Positions 1-9,453 of a DNA stretch of 64,000 bases are shown piece by piece. Every line of letters starts with the position of its first letter. Positions within the stretch are counted from its first letter, which is position 1. A program made the position numbers and the translations under genes. The DNA is from an uncultured Chloroflexia bacterium (lineage in GTDB: Bacteria > Chloroflexota > Limnocylindria > Limnocylindrales > CSP1-4), in the NCBI GenBank assembly GCA_963720755.1, contig CAVRGP010000013.1:241780-305779 (forward strand), read 5' to 3'. A model generated the notes under the pieces. It was not told the origin of the DNA. It searched no databases and was given only the letters and a program-made list of their open reading frames with translations.

Positions 1-1585
1 CTTCCGATACGACCGGATCGGACACCTGTGGCTGGTGGACGTGGCGACCGGGAAGGCGTCCCCACTGACCGACGGCCGGTTCGCAGACCAATCACCGGCC
101 TGGTCGCCCGACGGCCGGCGGATCGCCTTCACCGCCAATCGGCGACGGGACGCGGATCTCACGCCGGAGCGCCAGGACGTCTATGTCGTCGACGTCGCGA
201 CCCGCGCGGTCAGCGCGATCACGCGTGGCCCGAGATCCCTGTTCTCGGCCCCGGCCTGGCTGCCTGACGGCCGGACGATCGCCGCGCTCGGGCATCGCTA
301 CGAGGGCCGCGCGGGCAGCCGCAACGACATCTGGCTGTTCGCGGCGGACGGATCGGATGCGAGCCCGCGTGGCGGCCGCAACCTGTCGGCCGCGCACGAT
401 CTGATGCCGGGCTCGGGGATGAACAGTGACGTGACCTCCGGGGAGGGTCCGAGGCTCGGTCCGTCGCCGGACGGCCGATGGATCTCGTTCACCGCCCCGA
501 TCGACGGAGCCTATGAGCTGTGGCGCATCGGCGTCGCCGATGGGCGACTCGAGCGGCTCACGGAGGGCCAGCACTACGTCTCGGGCTGGGACGCGGTCGC
601 GCTGCCGCGCGACGCCGTGCGTCTCGCCTACCTTCGCTCGAGTGCGACCGAGACGCCGGACCTCTGGTTCCTCGACGTCGGCGGGTCGAAGGCCGCTCAA
701 GGCCGGGTGCCGCCGCAGCCGAAGCGACTGACGTCGTTCAATGCCGACCACCTGGCCGACATCGCCCTGGTCGTCCCGGTCGAACGCCACGTGACCGTGG
801 ATGAACGGGACATCCAGGGCTGGTTCATGCCGGGCGGGGTCGGCAAGCGCCCTCTGGTGGTCGAGATCCACGGTGGCCCGCATACGCTGTACGGCTGGTC
901 GCTGGTCTGGGAGTTCCAGATCCTCGCCGCTGCCGGGATGAGCGTCTTCTACTGCAATCCTCGCGGCTCCGAGGGCTACGGGCAGGCATTCAACGACGCG
1001 AACCATCGAGATTGGGGTCCGGGGCCGACCCGCGATGTCCTGGCCGGGGTCGATTCGCTGGTGGCCGAGGGACTGGCCGATCCGGACCGCCTGGGCGTCA
1101 CCGGTGGCTCGTACGGTGGCTACCTGACCAGCTGGATCGTCGGGCATGACGACCAATTCCGGGCCGCGATGACCTGTCGTTCGGTCAATGACATGGGGGT
1201 CCTGTTCACGACCGGCGACATCTCCGGTGGCGACTGGGCCAAGTTCGAGTTCGAGGCGACGCCGTGGGACGACCCGGCCTACTTCCGTGAGATCTCGCCG
1301 ATCGCCTCCGCCGACCGGATCCGGACCCCGTTGCTGATCCAGCATTCGGAGCACGACATCCGGACGACGATCGGCCAGGCCGAGCTCCTGTTCACGACGC
1401 TTCGTTCACTGCGGCGACCGGTCCGGCTGCTCCGCGTGCCCGAGGAGACGCACGAGCTGACCCGTTCGGGGACGCCGTATCGGCGGGTCGAGAACCTGCG
1501 CGTGGTGGAAGATTGGTTCGACCACTACCTGGTCAAGGACCGTCGCGGGCTGCCGCGGCTGCCCAAGGTCCACGGCGGCCGGTAG
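1..1585 (+). CDS. S9 family (prolyl oligopeptidase/acylaminoacyl) peptidase, 5'-truncated by window edge
   Basis: PD40-like repeats (PAWSPDG), HGGP, nucleophile motif GGSYGG, C-terminal Asp/His region (HDIRT...ETHEL). Confidence 0.9.
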   Translation, partial: FRYDRIGHLWLVDVATGKASPLTDGRFADQSPAWSPDGRRIAFTANRRRDADLTPERQDVYVVDVATRAVSAITRGPRSLFSAPAWLPDGRTIAALGHRYEGRAGSRNDIWLFAADGSDASPRGGRNLSAAHDLMPGSGMNSDVTSGEGPRLGPSPDGRWISFTAPIDGAYELWRIGVADGRLERLTEGQHYVSGWDAVALPRDAVRLAYLRSSATETPDLWFLDVGGSKAAQGRVPPQPKRLTSFNADHLADIALVVPVERHVTVDERDIQGWFMPGGVGKRPLVVEIHGGPHTLYGWSLVWEFQILAAAGMSVFYCNPRGSEGYGQAFNDANHRDWGPGPTRDVLAGVDSLVAEGLADPDRLGVTGGSYGGYLTSWIVGHDDQFRAAMTCRSVNDMGVLFTTGDISGGDWAKFEFEATPWDDPAYFREISPIASADRIRTPLLIQHSEHDIRTTIGQAELLFTTLRSLRRPVRLLRVPEETHELTRSGTPYRRVENLRVVEDWFDHYLVKDRRGLPRLPKVHGGR

Positions 1586-1603
1586 CCGCCTTCCGGCACC
1601 CGA

Positions 1604-2467
1604 CTACGCCGGTCGGAGCGTGCCCGACCAGACCTGCCAGGCCAGCAGTGACTTGGCGACCAGGCTGAGGACCATGTAGGTCTTCTCGCCATACAGGTAG
1701 TCGCTCCAGCGACCGATCTTCCGGTACTGGAGGATCATCGTGATGGCGAAGATGTTGAAGGCCACGAACAGGCTGGCGATGATCACGTAGACGAACGCCG
1801 GGATGCCGGCGTCAGCCGGGAGCCCCGTCTGGGCCGAGTACGCCCACAGGATCGAGAAGATCGCGATCCACGGGATGACTCCGGCGATGCAGCCGAAGAG
1901 GTAGTGCTTCCAGTCGATCCGCTCGCCCTTGGGCAGCCGCCCTTCATTGGCGGCCTCCATGCTCCAGCCGAACAGGATCATGGCGACGTTGCAGCCGGCG
2001 ATGGCGACCAGCGCGGGGAAGTCGGTGATATAGCTCAGGTACGCGATGGCCACGATCATCACCGTCGACGAGAACGCGTATTCGATCCACCGCAGCGGGT
2101 TGATCCCACGCGCCAGGAACGCTTCGTACCGGCCACGCACGAGCCAGCCCGCCGATGCGTGGGCGATCGCGCTCATCAGGAAGAACGAGGCGATGACGTA
2201 GGCGAGCGGGATGGAGAAGAGCGTCACGCTCGTCTGCTCGACACCGGTGAACGAGCCGTTCTCGATGATCGGCTTGATGGTCGGCACGACCGGCGCGAAG
2301 ACGACCGCGGTCGCGGAGATGGCGATCATGGCCAGGAACTGGAGGCCGTGGGCGAACGTCAGGCCGCGGTTCCAGCGGCGGAGCGAGCGGCTCGTGTCGG
2401 CCGGGATGGCCGTGCCGGCGCTGGGTCCGGTGTCGAGACGCCCGGTGTCGGCAGCAAGGGTGGTCAT
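1604..2467 (-). CDS. Heliorhodopsin
   Basis: Seven hydrophobic segments with heliorhodopsin motifs AHxxQ, SAxAH, NPLRWIEYAFSS and retinal-binding SLVAKSLLAWQ; SD AGGAG upstream. Confidence 0.93.
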   Translation of the reverse strand: MTTLAADTGRLDTGPSAGTAIPADTSRSLRRWNRGLTFAHGLQFLAMIAISATAVVFAPVVPTIKPIIENGSFTGVEQTSVTLFSIPLAYVIASFFLMSAIAHASAGWLVRGRYEAFLARGINPLRWIEYAFSSTVMIVAIAYLSYITDFPALVAIAGCNVAMILFGWSMEAANEGRLPKGERIDWKHYLFGCIAGVIPWIAIFSILWAYSAQTGLPADAGIPAFVYVIIASLFVAFNIFAITMILQYRKIGRWSDYLYGEKTYMVLSLVAKSLLAWQVWSGTLRPA

Positions 2468-2594
2468 GGGTTCGGGATCTCCTGACGTACGTTGGTGTCC
2501 AAGGTTCTATTCGGCCGGCGACGCGTTTCGGATGCCCGCAGCTTGCACGAGGCGGCAGGGAACCGGCGCGATCGAGGTGTATCCTCTCGGTCCC

Positions 2595-3575
2595 ATGACC
2601 GCGACCCGCCGCCCGGACAGCCCCGCCCGCGACCGTGCCCACGAGCTCATCCAGGCATGGGATGGACGCCCGGGGCCGCTCGGCAGCCTGCTGGGGCGCG
2701 TCACCGCGGTCGACCAGGTCGGGATCGAGGAACGGGTCGACGCGCTCAAGCGGCGCTCGATCAAGAAGGCGTCCAAGGTGTGGGCGCTGGAGCTCGCCAT
2801 CTCGATGATGGATCTGACCACCCTCGAGGGCAAGGACACCCCCGGGAAGATCCGGGCACTGTGCGTGAAGGCCATGCGCCCGCAGCCGGGTGACCCGACG
2901 ATCCCGTCAGTCGCGGCGGTCTGTGTCTACCCGGCGCTGGTCGCCGAGGCCAGGGACGCACTCCGTGGATCGCGGGTGAAGGTCGCCAGTGTCGCCACCG
3001 GCTTCCCGTCCGGCCAGACGTTCCGGGCCGTGAAGGTCGCCGAGACGCGCGCCGCCGTGGAGGCGGGAGCCGACGAGGTCGACATGGTCATCGACCGTGG
3101 CGCGTTCCTGTCCGGCGACTACCTGTCCGTCTTCGAGGAGATCGTGGAGGTCAGGGAGGCGGCCGGCGAGGCGCACCTCAAGGTCATCCTGGAGACCGGC
3201 GAGCTCGAGACCTACGACAACGTCCGCCGAGCCTCCGTTCTCGCGATGGCTGCCGGCGCCGACTTCATCAAGACCTCGACCGGCAAGGTCACGCCAGCGG
3301 CGACGATGCCGGTCACCCTGGTCATGCTCGAGGCGATCCGCGACTTCGAGCGTTCGACCGGGCGACAGGTCGGGATGAAGCCGGCCGGCGGCATCCGCAC
3401 GGCCAAGGAGGCGATCCAGTACCTCGTGATCCTGTACGAGACGCTCGGCCCACGCTGGATGTCGCCCGATTGGTTCCGGTTCGGGGCCTCCTCGCTGCTC
3501 AACGACGTGCTGATGCAGATCGAGTTCCAGCGCACCGGCCGGTACCAGGATCCCGACGACTTCAGCCTCGACTGA
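2595..3575 (+). CDS. deoC: Deoxyribose-phosphate aldolase
   Basis: DLTTLEG, VATGFP, GADEVDMV, LKVILET, ADFIKTSTGK, KPAGGIR, FRFGASSLL; start placed at ATG 2595 after TATCCT. Confidence 0.93.
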   Translation: MTATRRPDSPARDRAHELIQAWDGRPGPLGSLLGRVTAVDQVGIEERVDALKRRSIKKASKVWALELAISMMDLTTLEGKDTPGKIRALCVKAMRPQPGDPTIPSVAAVCVYPALVAEARDALRGSRVKVASVATGFPSGQTFRAVKVAETRAAVEAGADEVDMVIDRGAFLSGDYLSVFEEIVEVREAAGEAHLKVILETGELETYDNVRRASVLAMAAGADFIKTSTGKVTPAATMPVTLVMLEAIRDFERSTGRQVGMKPAGGIRTAKEAIQYLVILYETLGPRWMSPDWFRFGASSLLNDVLMQIEFQRTGRYQDPDDFSLD

Positions 3576-3584
3576 CCGGTTCGA

Positions 3585-3610
3585 GAACCTTTCCGTCGCG
3601 CCATTCGTCT
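3585..3610 (+). promoter_or_regulatory. Putative ECF-type promoter (GAACCT-N16-GTCT) upstream of the ECF sigma gene
   Basis: GAACCT at 3585-3590 and CGTCT at 3606-3610, just before the sigma gene; fits typical ECF autoregulation. Confidence 0.5.
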
Positions 3611-3621
3611 GGATGGTTGAC

Positions 3622-4188
3622 ATGCGCCTCTTGACGGTCCCCACGGGCACTCGGCCGGTCGCAACCCTGGCGACCGATGCCGACGACGAGCGTCGATCGC
3701 GCTTCCTCGATGCCTCGAGGCCCGCCCTCGATCGCGCCTACCGACTTGCCGGACTCCTCCTGGCCGACGGCCCCGAAGCGGAAGACGCGGTCCAGGACGC
3801 CCTCATCATCGCCTGGCGATCGTTCGATTCGCTCCATGATCCGGCACGCTTCGACGCCTGGTTCGACCGGATCCTGGTCAACGGCTGCCGCGACCGGCTA
3901 CGCCGTCGCAAGGTCGTTCGGTTCATCCCGATGGGCGTGGGGATCGATCCGGCCGGCGCCGATCCATTCAAGGCCTTCATCGAGCGCGATGCGTTGCTGA
4001 CCGGTCTGAGCCGTCTGACCCCGGACGAACGGATCGTGGTGACCCTGCGCTTCTGGGCCGACCTCCGGCTCGAGTCGATCGCCGAACGACTCGACTGGCC
4101 ACTCGGGACGGTGAAATCGCGCCTGCACCGAGCCCTCGAACGGCTCCGCGAGACCCTTGCTCAGGAAGGAACGGAGGCAGCTCGATGA
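3622..4188 (+). CDS. ECF RNA polymerase sigma factor
   Basis: Region 2 (AEDAVQDALIIAW...FDAWFDRILVNGCRDRLRR) and region 4 (IAERLDWPLGTVKSRLHRA); alternative start 3613. Confidence 0.9.
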   Translation: MRLLTVPTGTRPVATLATDADDERRSRFLDASRPALDRAYRLAGLLLADGPEAEDAVQDALIIAWRSFDSLHDPARFDAWFDRILVNGCRDRLRRRKVVRFIPMGVGIDPAGADPFKAFIERDALLTGLSRLTPDERIVVTLRFWADLRLESIAERLDWPLGTVKSRLHRALERLRETLAQEGTEAAR

Positions 4189-5552
4189 GCGACGACCTCG
4201 AACGCCGGCTGCAGATCGCGTTCCACGACCATCCGCTGCCGCCCGCACCCGCCAGCCTCGTCCATGGCCTTGAACGTGTCCCCGATGCCCCGGTCGAGCC
4301 ACGTCGGCGGCCGGCGGCGCGGTCGTCGGTCGGGCTGTTGGTCGCGGCCGTCGTGATCGTCGGCGCGGGTGCGCTCGCGATCGCCGTCGGGTCGCGCCCC
4401 CAGTCGGTCGTTCCGGTCGCGCCCAGCGGCCCGCCGGCCACGGTCGCCCCCTCGGGCGAGCCCGCTGTCAGGATCGAACTGCGCGCGAGTCAGGGCGTGC
4501 CGACAGCGGCCGAGATGTCGACCACGGTGTCGATCCTTCAGGCACGGGTGAACGCGACCGGAGTCGTCGGCGGGACCGTCGAGCAGTCGGGTTCCGACAC
4601 CGTCGTGATCGTCATGCCGGGCGTCGGAGACGAACGCGATCCGATCGTGAACTGGATCGCATCGACCGGCAGGGTCGATCTGGTGCCGACCGGCGATCAG
4701 GCGGCGATCGAGGGTAGCCGGATCGACCTGGCCGCCCAGCCACCGCTCCTCGGTGGCGACGCGATCGCCTCCGTGCAGCTGGGCGTGGATGACGCGACCG
4801 GCGCCACGACGCTCCAGATCGGCCTGACGCCCGACGCGGCGTCGACCTTCGCCCAGTACACGGCCGCCAACATCGGCTCGTTCTTCGCGGTCGTGCTGGA
4901 TGGGCACGTCGTCCTGGCTCCGGCGATCCAGGCTGCCATCACCGGAGGCGATATCGTCATCAGCCTGGCGACCGCCAATTCGACGGATGGGACGGCGCAG
5001 GCCACGCTCTACGCGCTCGTCACCGACTTCCATACCGGCCTGCTGCCGGTCCCACTCGAGGTCACCTCGGCCACGGTCATCCGGGTCGCCGGATCGAGTC
5101 CGCCCGCCTCGCCCGATGCAGCCACGTCCGGCCAGACGCCGGTCCCCACCTCGTCGGGCCAGACCGCCGTCTCCGGGGCGGACGCCGCGGCCGCCGCAGA
5201 AACGGTCCGGCAGTACACCCAGGCGCTGGTCGACGGCGACTACCCGGCCGCCTGGGCGCTGCTGGCGCCGCAGGCCCGGGCGCAATCGGGCTCGATGGCA
5301 CAGTTCAGCGATGAACGGGCGGCCTTCTTCGTCAGTGTCGCCGGGCGGTTCAAGGTCGTGGTGTCGCCGCCAGACGTGGCACCGCTCACGGACTGGCTGT
5401 CCGCAACGGATGGGGCCACGATCGACCTCGGACGGGCGGTGCTCGTCGAAGTCGACTACCCGGCGCTCGCCGGAAACAACGCCGGCTACGAGCTGTACAT
5501 CGTCAACCCGGCCGCGACGGACGCCGGGTGGGAGCTGTTCAACGTCCGCTGA
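4185..5552 (+). CDS. Putative single-pass anti-sigma factor with a SecD P1-like extracytoplasmic domain
   Basis: ATGA overlap with sigma gene; short N-terminal cytoplasmic part and one TM helix; then ILQARVNATGV...GSDTVVIVMPGV and TAANIGSFFAVVLDGHVVLAPAIQAAITGG resembling SecD P1; no SecD multi-TM domain. Confidence 0.65.
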   Translation: MSDDLERRLQIAFHDHPLPPAPASLVHGLERVPDAPVEPRRRPAARSSVGLLVAAVVIVGAGALAIAVGSRPQSVVPVAPSGPPATVAPSGEPAVRIELRASQGVPTAAEMSTTVSILQARVNATGVVGGTVEQSGSDTVVIVMPGVGDERDPIVNWIASTGRVDLVPTGDQAAIEGSRIDLAAQPPLLGGDAIASVQLGVDDATGATTLQIGLTPDAASTFAQYTAANIGSFFAVVLDGHVVLAPAIQAAITGGDIVISLATANSTDGTAQATLYALVTDFHTGLLPVPLEVTSATVIRVAGSSPPASPDAATSGQTPVPTSSGQTAVSGADAAAAAETVRQYTQALVDGDYPAAWALLAPQARAQSGSMAQFSDERAAFFVSVAGRFKVVVSPPDVAPLTDWLSATDGATIDLGRAVLVEVDYPALAGNNAGYELYIVNPAATDAGWELFNVR

Positions 5553-5568
5553 GGGTCGTGCAAGTCTG

Positions 5569-5601
5569 ACCTTTACGTGAACGTGAAGGTTTTGGTATAC
5601 T
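5569..5601 (+). promoter_or_regulatory. MerR-type operator palindrome and extended -10 promoter
   Basis: ACCTTTACGT-GA-ACGTGAAGGT (5569-5590, one mismatch), followed by TGG-TATACT (5593-5601) just upstream of the merR ATG. Confidence 0.7.
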
Positions 5602-5610
5602 TCGCCGTGA

Positions 5611-6099
5611 ATGGACGATTCCCTGCTGCGGATCAACGAAGTGGCCGCCGAGACCGGCCTGACGACCCGGACGATCCGTTACTACGAAGAGCTCGGCCTG
5701 CTCGAGCCTGCCGCCCGGTCGGACGGCGACTACCGGCTCTATGACGCGTCGGACCTGGCCCGTCTTCAGTTCATCCGTGGCCTACGCGATGACGCCGGGT
5801 TCTCGCTCGCCCAGATCGGTCAACTGCTCGAAGACGAGGCCGCCCGCGAGCGGAATCGGGCGCGCCTGCGGGAAACGACCGACCCGGCCGAACGGCGAAC
5901 CTACCTGACCGATGCCAGGCAGCGCGTCGAACGACAGATCTCACTGCTCGACGCCAAGGCGGAGCGATTGGCGACGATGATCGACGAGGCGCAGGCGCGC
6001 CTCACCCGCATCGAAGGACTCCTCGCCGAACTCGATGGGGGCCCGCCCGCTCGGCGGGCACGATCCGGCCGTGCGAGGCCGGCCAAGGCGCAGCCATGA
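5611..6099 (+). CDS. MerR family transcriptional regulator
   Basis: RINEVAAETGLTTRTIRYYEELGLL...GDYRLY, followed by coiled coil. Confidence 0.92.
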   Translation: MDDSLLRINEVAAETGLTTRTIRYYEELGLLEPAARSDGDYRLYDASDLARLQFIRGLRDDAGFSLAQIGQLLEDEAARERNRARLRETTDPAERRTYLTDARQRVERQISLLDAKAERLATMIDEAQARLTRIEGLLAELDGGPPARRARSGRARPAKAQP

Positions 6100-7430
6100 C
6101 CGGGCCGCACTCGATCGATCCTCGGCGGCTCGCGCGGGGGGAGGGGATGGCCGCCTTCCGGCATCGCAACTACCAGCTGTTCTTCGGCGGTCAGGCCATC
6201 TCGCTGGTCGGGTCGTGGATGATGCAGGTCGCCCAGGCCTGGCTCGTTCTCGAGCTCACCGGCGACCCGCTGTGGCTCGGGATCGTGGCCGCGGCCCAGT
6301 TCATCCCGGTTCTGATCTTCGGGCTGTTCGCGGGCGTCTACGCCGACTCGCTGCCGAAGCGACAGACCTTGATCGTCACCCAGATCGTGAAGATGAGCCT
6401 GTCGATCATCCTGGCCACGCTGGCCATCACCGGCCTGGCGACCGTTCCGCTCCTGATCGTCGTCGCGCTCGCCATCGGCATGGCGAATGCCGTCGACATG
6501 CCGGTCCGCCAGTCATTCGTGGTCGAGATGGTCGGGCGCGATGACATCGGCAACGCGGTCGCGCTCAATTCGGCGATGTTCAACGGCGCTCGGATCGTGG
6601 GTCCGGCCGTCGCCGGATTGACGATCGGTGCGGTCGGGGTGGCGATGGCGTTCGTCGTGGACGCGTTCAGCTTCCTCGCCGTCATCGGCGCCTTGATCGC
6701 GATGCGCGAGGGCGACCTCCAGTCACCGGCCCGGATCGCCCGGCCGGACTCGTTCCATGGCGTCATGTCCCAGTTGCGGGAGGGCCTGTCCTACGTGCGG
6801 GCGACCCCGGTCGTCCTGATGGCGATGCTCGTCCTCGGCCTCGTCGCGACGGTCGGCATGAACTTCGGCGTGATCATCCCGGCGTATGCCCAGGACATCC
6901 TCGACAGCGGGGCGTCGGGCTACGGGTTCCTGATGGCTGCATCCGGGGTCGGGTCGCTGATCGCGGCCCTGTGGCTCGCCTTCGGCCACAGCGGGCGGCT
7001 CCGGCACATCGCCCACGGAGCGATCCTGCTGGGGATCGGAGAGGTCGGCCTCGGCATCTCGACCGCGTTCCCGGCCTCGATGCTGCTCATGGTCGCGGTC
7101 GGGTTCGGCGGCATCCTGATGGCTGCGACGGCCAATACCACGATCCAGATGGCCGTCCCCGATGGCCTTCGAGGTCGGGTGATGAGCGTCTACACGACGA
7201 TCTTTGCCGGTTCCACGCCGATCGGCGGCCCGCTGATGGGTGGTCTCGCCTCGGTCTTCTCGGTGGCGATCTCGCTGGCGATCGGCGGGCTGCTGGCAGC
7301 CGGGGTCGGGATCGGCGCCCTGGTCTGGATCCGGCGGCTCGGCCTCGATCTGCCGCTGACCAAGGGCGGTCCCGCCGGCACCCTCGCGAGCGCTCCCCGC
7401 ACGTTGGGCAAGGAAGTCCGCCCGACCTGA
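6096..7430 (+). CDS. MFS transporter (12 TM)
   Basis: FRHRNYQLFFGGQAISLVGSWM, GLFAGVYADS, DGLRGRVMSVY; overlaps merR stop. Confidence 0.9.
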   Translation: MTGPHSIDPRRLARGEGMAAFRHRNYQLFFGGQAISLVGSWMMQVAQAWLVLELTGDPLWLGIVAAAQFIPVLIFGLFAGVYADSLPKRQTLIVTQIVKMSLSIILATLAITGLATVPLLIVVALAIGMANAVDMPVRQSFVVEMVGRDDIGNAVALNSAMFNGARIVGPAVAGLTIGAVGVAMAFVVDAFSFLAVIGALIAMREGDLQSPARIARPDSFHGVMSQLREGLSYVRATPVVLMAMLVLGLVATVGMNFGVIIPAYAQDILDSGASGYGFLMAASGVGSLIAALWLAFGHSGRLRHIAHGAILLGIGEVGLGISTAFPASMLLMVAVGFGGILMAATANTTIQMAVPDGLRGRVMSVYTTIFAGSTPIGGPLMGGLASVFSVAISLAIGGLLAAGVGIGALVWIRRLGLDLPLTKGGPAGTLASAPRTLGKEVRPT

Positions 7431-7494
7431 CCTGGCCGACGGTCCAGCCTCATTCTGCCGTTGTCCGGCTCGCACGCCCGGCTACCATGGCGCC

Positions 7495-8418
7495 GTGATC
7501 GTCGTCGCCGGCGAGGCCCTCATGGATCTCCTCGTCCGACCGGATGGGCAACTCAGCGCTTCGCCGGGTGGCGGCCCGTTCACGACTGCGCGGACGATCG
7601 GGCGGCTCGGCGGGCGGGTCGCATTCCTCGGCTGCCTCGCCACCGACCGGTTCGGCGACGGCCTGCGGGACCTCCTCGTCGCCGACGGCGTCGACGTCTC
7701 ACTGGTCACCGCGACGGATCTGCCGACCACACTGGCCATCGCCGAGCTCGACGATCACGGCGCTGCGACCTACCGGTTCCATACTGCCGAGACCGCGGCG
7801 CCGGCCCTCGACGACGGGGCGGTCGCCGCGGCGCTGGCGACCCATCCCGAGGCGTTCCATGTCGGGACGCTCGGGCTCGTCCTGGAGCCGATGGCGTCCG
7901 CCCTCGCGGCGGGTATCGATCGGCTTCCCGAGGCCACTTTGCTGATGGTCGACCCCAACTGCCGTCCGCGGATCATCGGGGACCGCACCGCCTATCTCGA
8001 GCGGCTCGACCGGATCCTGGCCCGAACGGACGTCGTCAAGGTCAGCGCGGACGACCTCGCCTACCTGGAACCTGGTGTCGAGCCTCGGGTCGCGGTGCGC
8101 GCGCTGATCGGGCGTGGTCCGTCGGTGGTGCTGCTGACCGATGGCGGCCGTCCTGTGTTCGTCCAGACCTGGGCCGAGCCGTTCGAGGTCACGGTCCCGC
8201 TCGAGGACATCGTCGACACCGTCGGCGCGGGCGACGCCTTCGGTGGCGCCTTCCTCGCGCGCTGGGTCGAACGGGGTCTCGGCCGCGAGGAGCTTGTCGA
8301 TCCGGCAGCCGTTCGGGAAGCCGTGAAGATGGCGATCGAGGTCGCGAACCTGACCTGCCGGCGCGCCGGTGCGGATCCACCCTGGCGCAGTGAAACTCGC
8401 TGGCGCCGCGTGACTTGA
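7495..8418 (+). CDS. PfkB family carbohydrate kinase (fructokinase-like)
   Basis: GEALMD, PGGGP, DPNCRP, DTVGAGDAF. Confidence 0.9.
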   Translation: MIVVAGEALMDLLVRPDGQLSASPGGGPFTTARTIGRLGGRVAFLGCLATDRFGDGLRDLLVADGVDVSLVTATDLPTTLAIAELDDHGAATYRFHTAETAAPALDDGAVAAALATHPEAFHVGTLGLVLEPMASALAAGIDRLPEATLLMVDPNCRPRIIGDRTAYLERLDRILARTDVVKVSADDLAYLEPGVEPRVAVRALIGRGPSVVLLTDGGRPVFVQTWAEPFEVTVPLEDIVDTVGAGDAFGGAFLARWVERGLGREELVDPAAVREAVKMAIEVANLTCRRAGADPPWRSETRWRRVT

Positions 8419-8441
8419 CCCGACCGGGTAGCCTACCGGCC

Positions 8442-9407
8442 ATGCCGTCGATCATCCGCCGCCTCGTTCCGTTCGTCTTCGCCCTGCTCGTCCTGGCCGC
8501 CAGTGCTCCCGGGACGGCCGCGGCGACGACCCACAGGTTCCCGAACCAGAGTCTCGGCAACCGCGGCGACGACGTGCGAGCCATCCAGGGATTGCTGCTC
8601 GCCCATTCGGTCGACGTGCCGCTCGATGGAGTCTTCGGGGCGTCCACCAGGGATGCCGTCAAGGCGTTCCAGGGCTCGGCCGGATTGCCGTCCAACGGGA
8701 TCGTCGCTGATCCGACCTGGGCCGCCCTCCTCGTTCGCCTCCGACCCGGCGATACGGGCGATGGGGTCCTCGTCCTCCAGCGCGAATTGAACGCCAAGCG
8801 CAAGGTGCATCTGGTCGGCACCGGGACGTACGACGCCGCCACCCTTGCCGCCGTCAAGGCGTTCCGGGCACATGTCGGGATGCGCATCAACGGCAAGGTC
8901 GGACCGGCCCTGTGGCAACGGCTGATCTCGCATTTCGAGTTGCCCCGGTTCAAGGCCAACAACCTGTGCGACTACAGCGTCGGGAACGGTCCGGCGAACT
9001 GGGGAACGGCCGCCGCGATCGGCCAGCTGCAGGCGGCCGCGAAGGCGTTCGCCGCGCGCGGCCAGGGCCGGATCTCGGTCGGTGACGTCAGCCGGGAGCA
9101 CGGCGGCGACATCCCGCTCCACGCCACCCACGAGGTCGGTCTCGACGTGGACATCCGACCGATCCGCGATGCCGGGGACCAGTGCACGTGGGGAACGAAC
9201 TTCCACTGGTCGACCTACGACCGGGCGGCCACGCGCCGGCTCGTCAAACTCATCCGTGCCGCGGCGCCCGGCCACGTCAAGCTGATCTACTTCAACGACC
9301 CGGTCCTGATCCGGGAGGGACTGACGACCTGGTATCCGGGCCACGACGACCACCTGCACGTTCGCTACTGCGAGCAGGGGTACGCGATCGCGCGCTACCG
9401 CTGCTGA
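8442..9407 (+). CDS. Secreted peptidoglycan-binding protein with MepA-like (LAS) murein endopeptidase domain
   Basis: Signal peptide, two PG-binding repeats (DGVFGASTRDAVKAFQ), HATHEVGLDVD and HDDHLHVR Zn motifs. Confidence 0.8.
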   Translation: MPSIIRRLVPFVFALLVLAASAPGTAAATTHRFPNQSLGNRGDDVRAIQGLLLAHSVDVPLDGVFGASTRDAVKAFQGSAGLPSNGIVADPTWAALLVRLRPGDTGDGVLVLQRELNAKRKVHLVGTGTYDAATLAAVKAFRAHVGMRINGKVGPALWQRLISHFELPRFKANNLCDYSVGNGPANWGTAAAIGQLQAAAKAFAARGQGRISVGDVSREHGGDIPLHATHEVGLDVDIRPIRDAGDQCTWGTNFHWSTYDRAATRRLVKLIRAAAPGHVKLIYFNDPVLIREGLTTWYPGHDDHLHVRYCEQGYAIARYRC

Positions 9408-9453
9408 TCGCACCGTAGCGGCGCCGGGTGGTCCCGGTGCCATAATGGCGAGC

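Noticed and set aside
4185-5552. Annotation as a true secD
   Set aside because: It lacks the C-terminal multi-TM domain, has no adjacent secF or yajC, and is coupled to an ECF sigma gene.
5611-6099. MerR as a CarH/LitR photoreceptor linked to heliorhodopsin
   Set aside because: Only 162 aa, with no cobalamin-binding domain.
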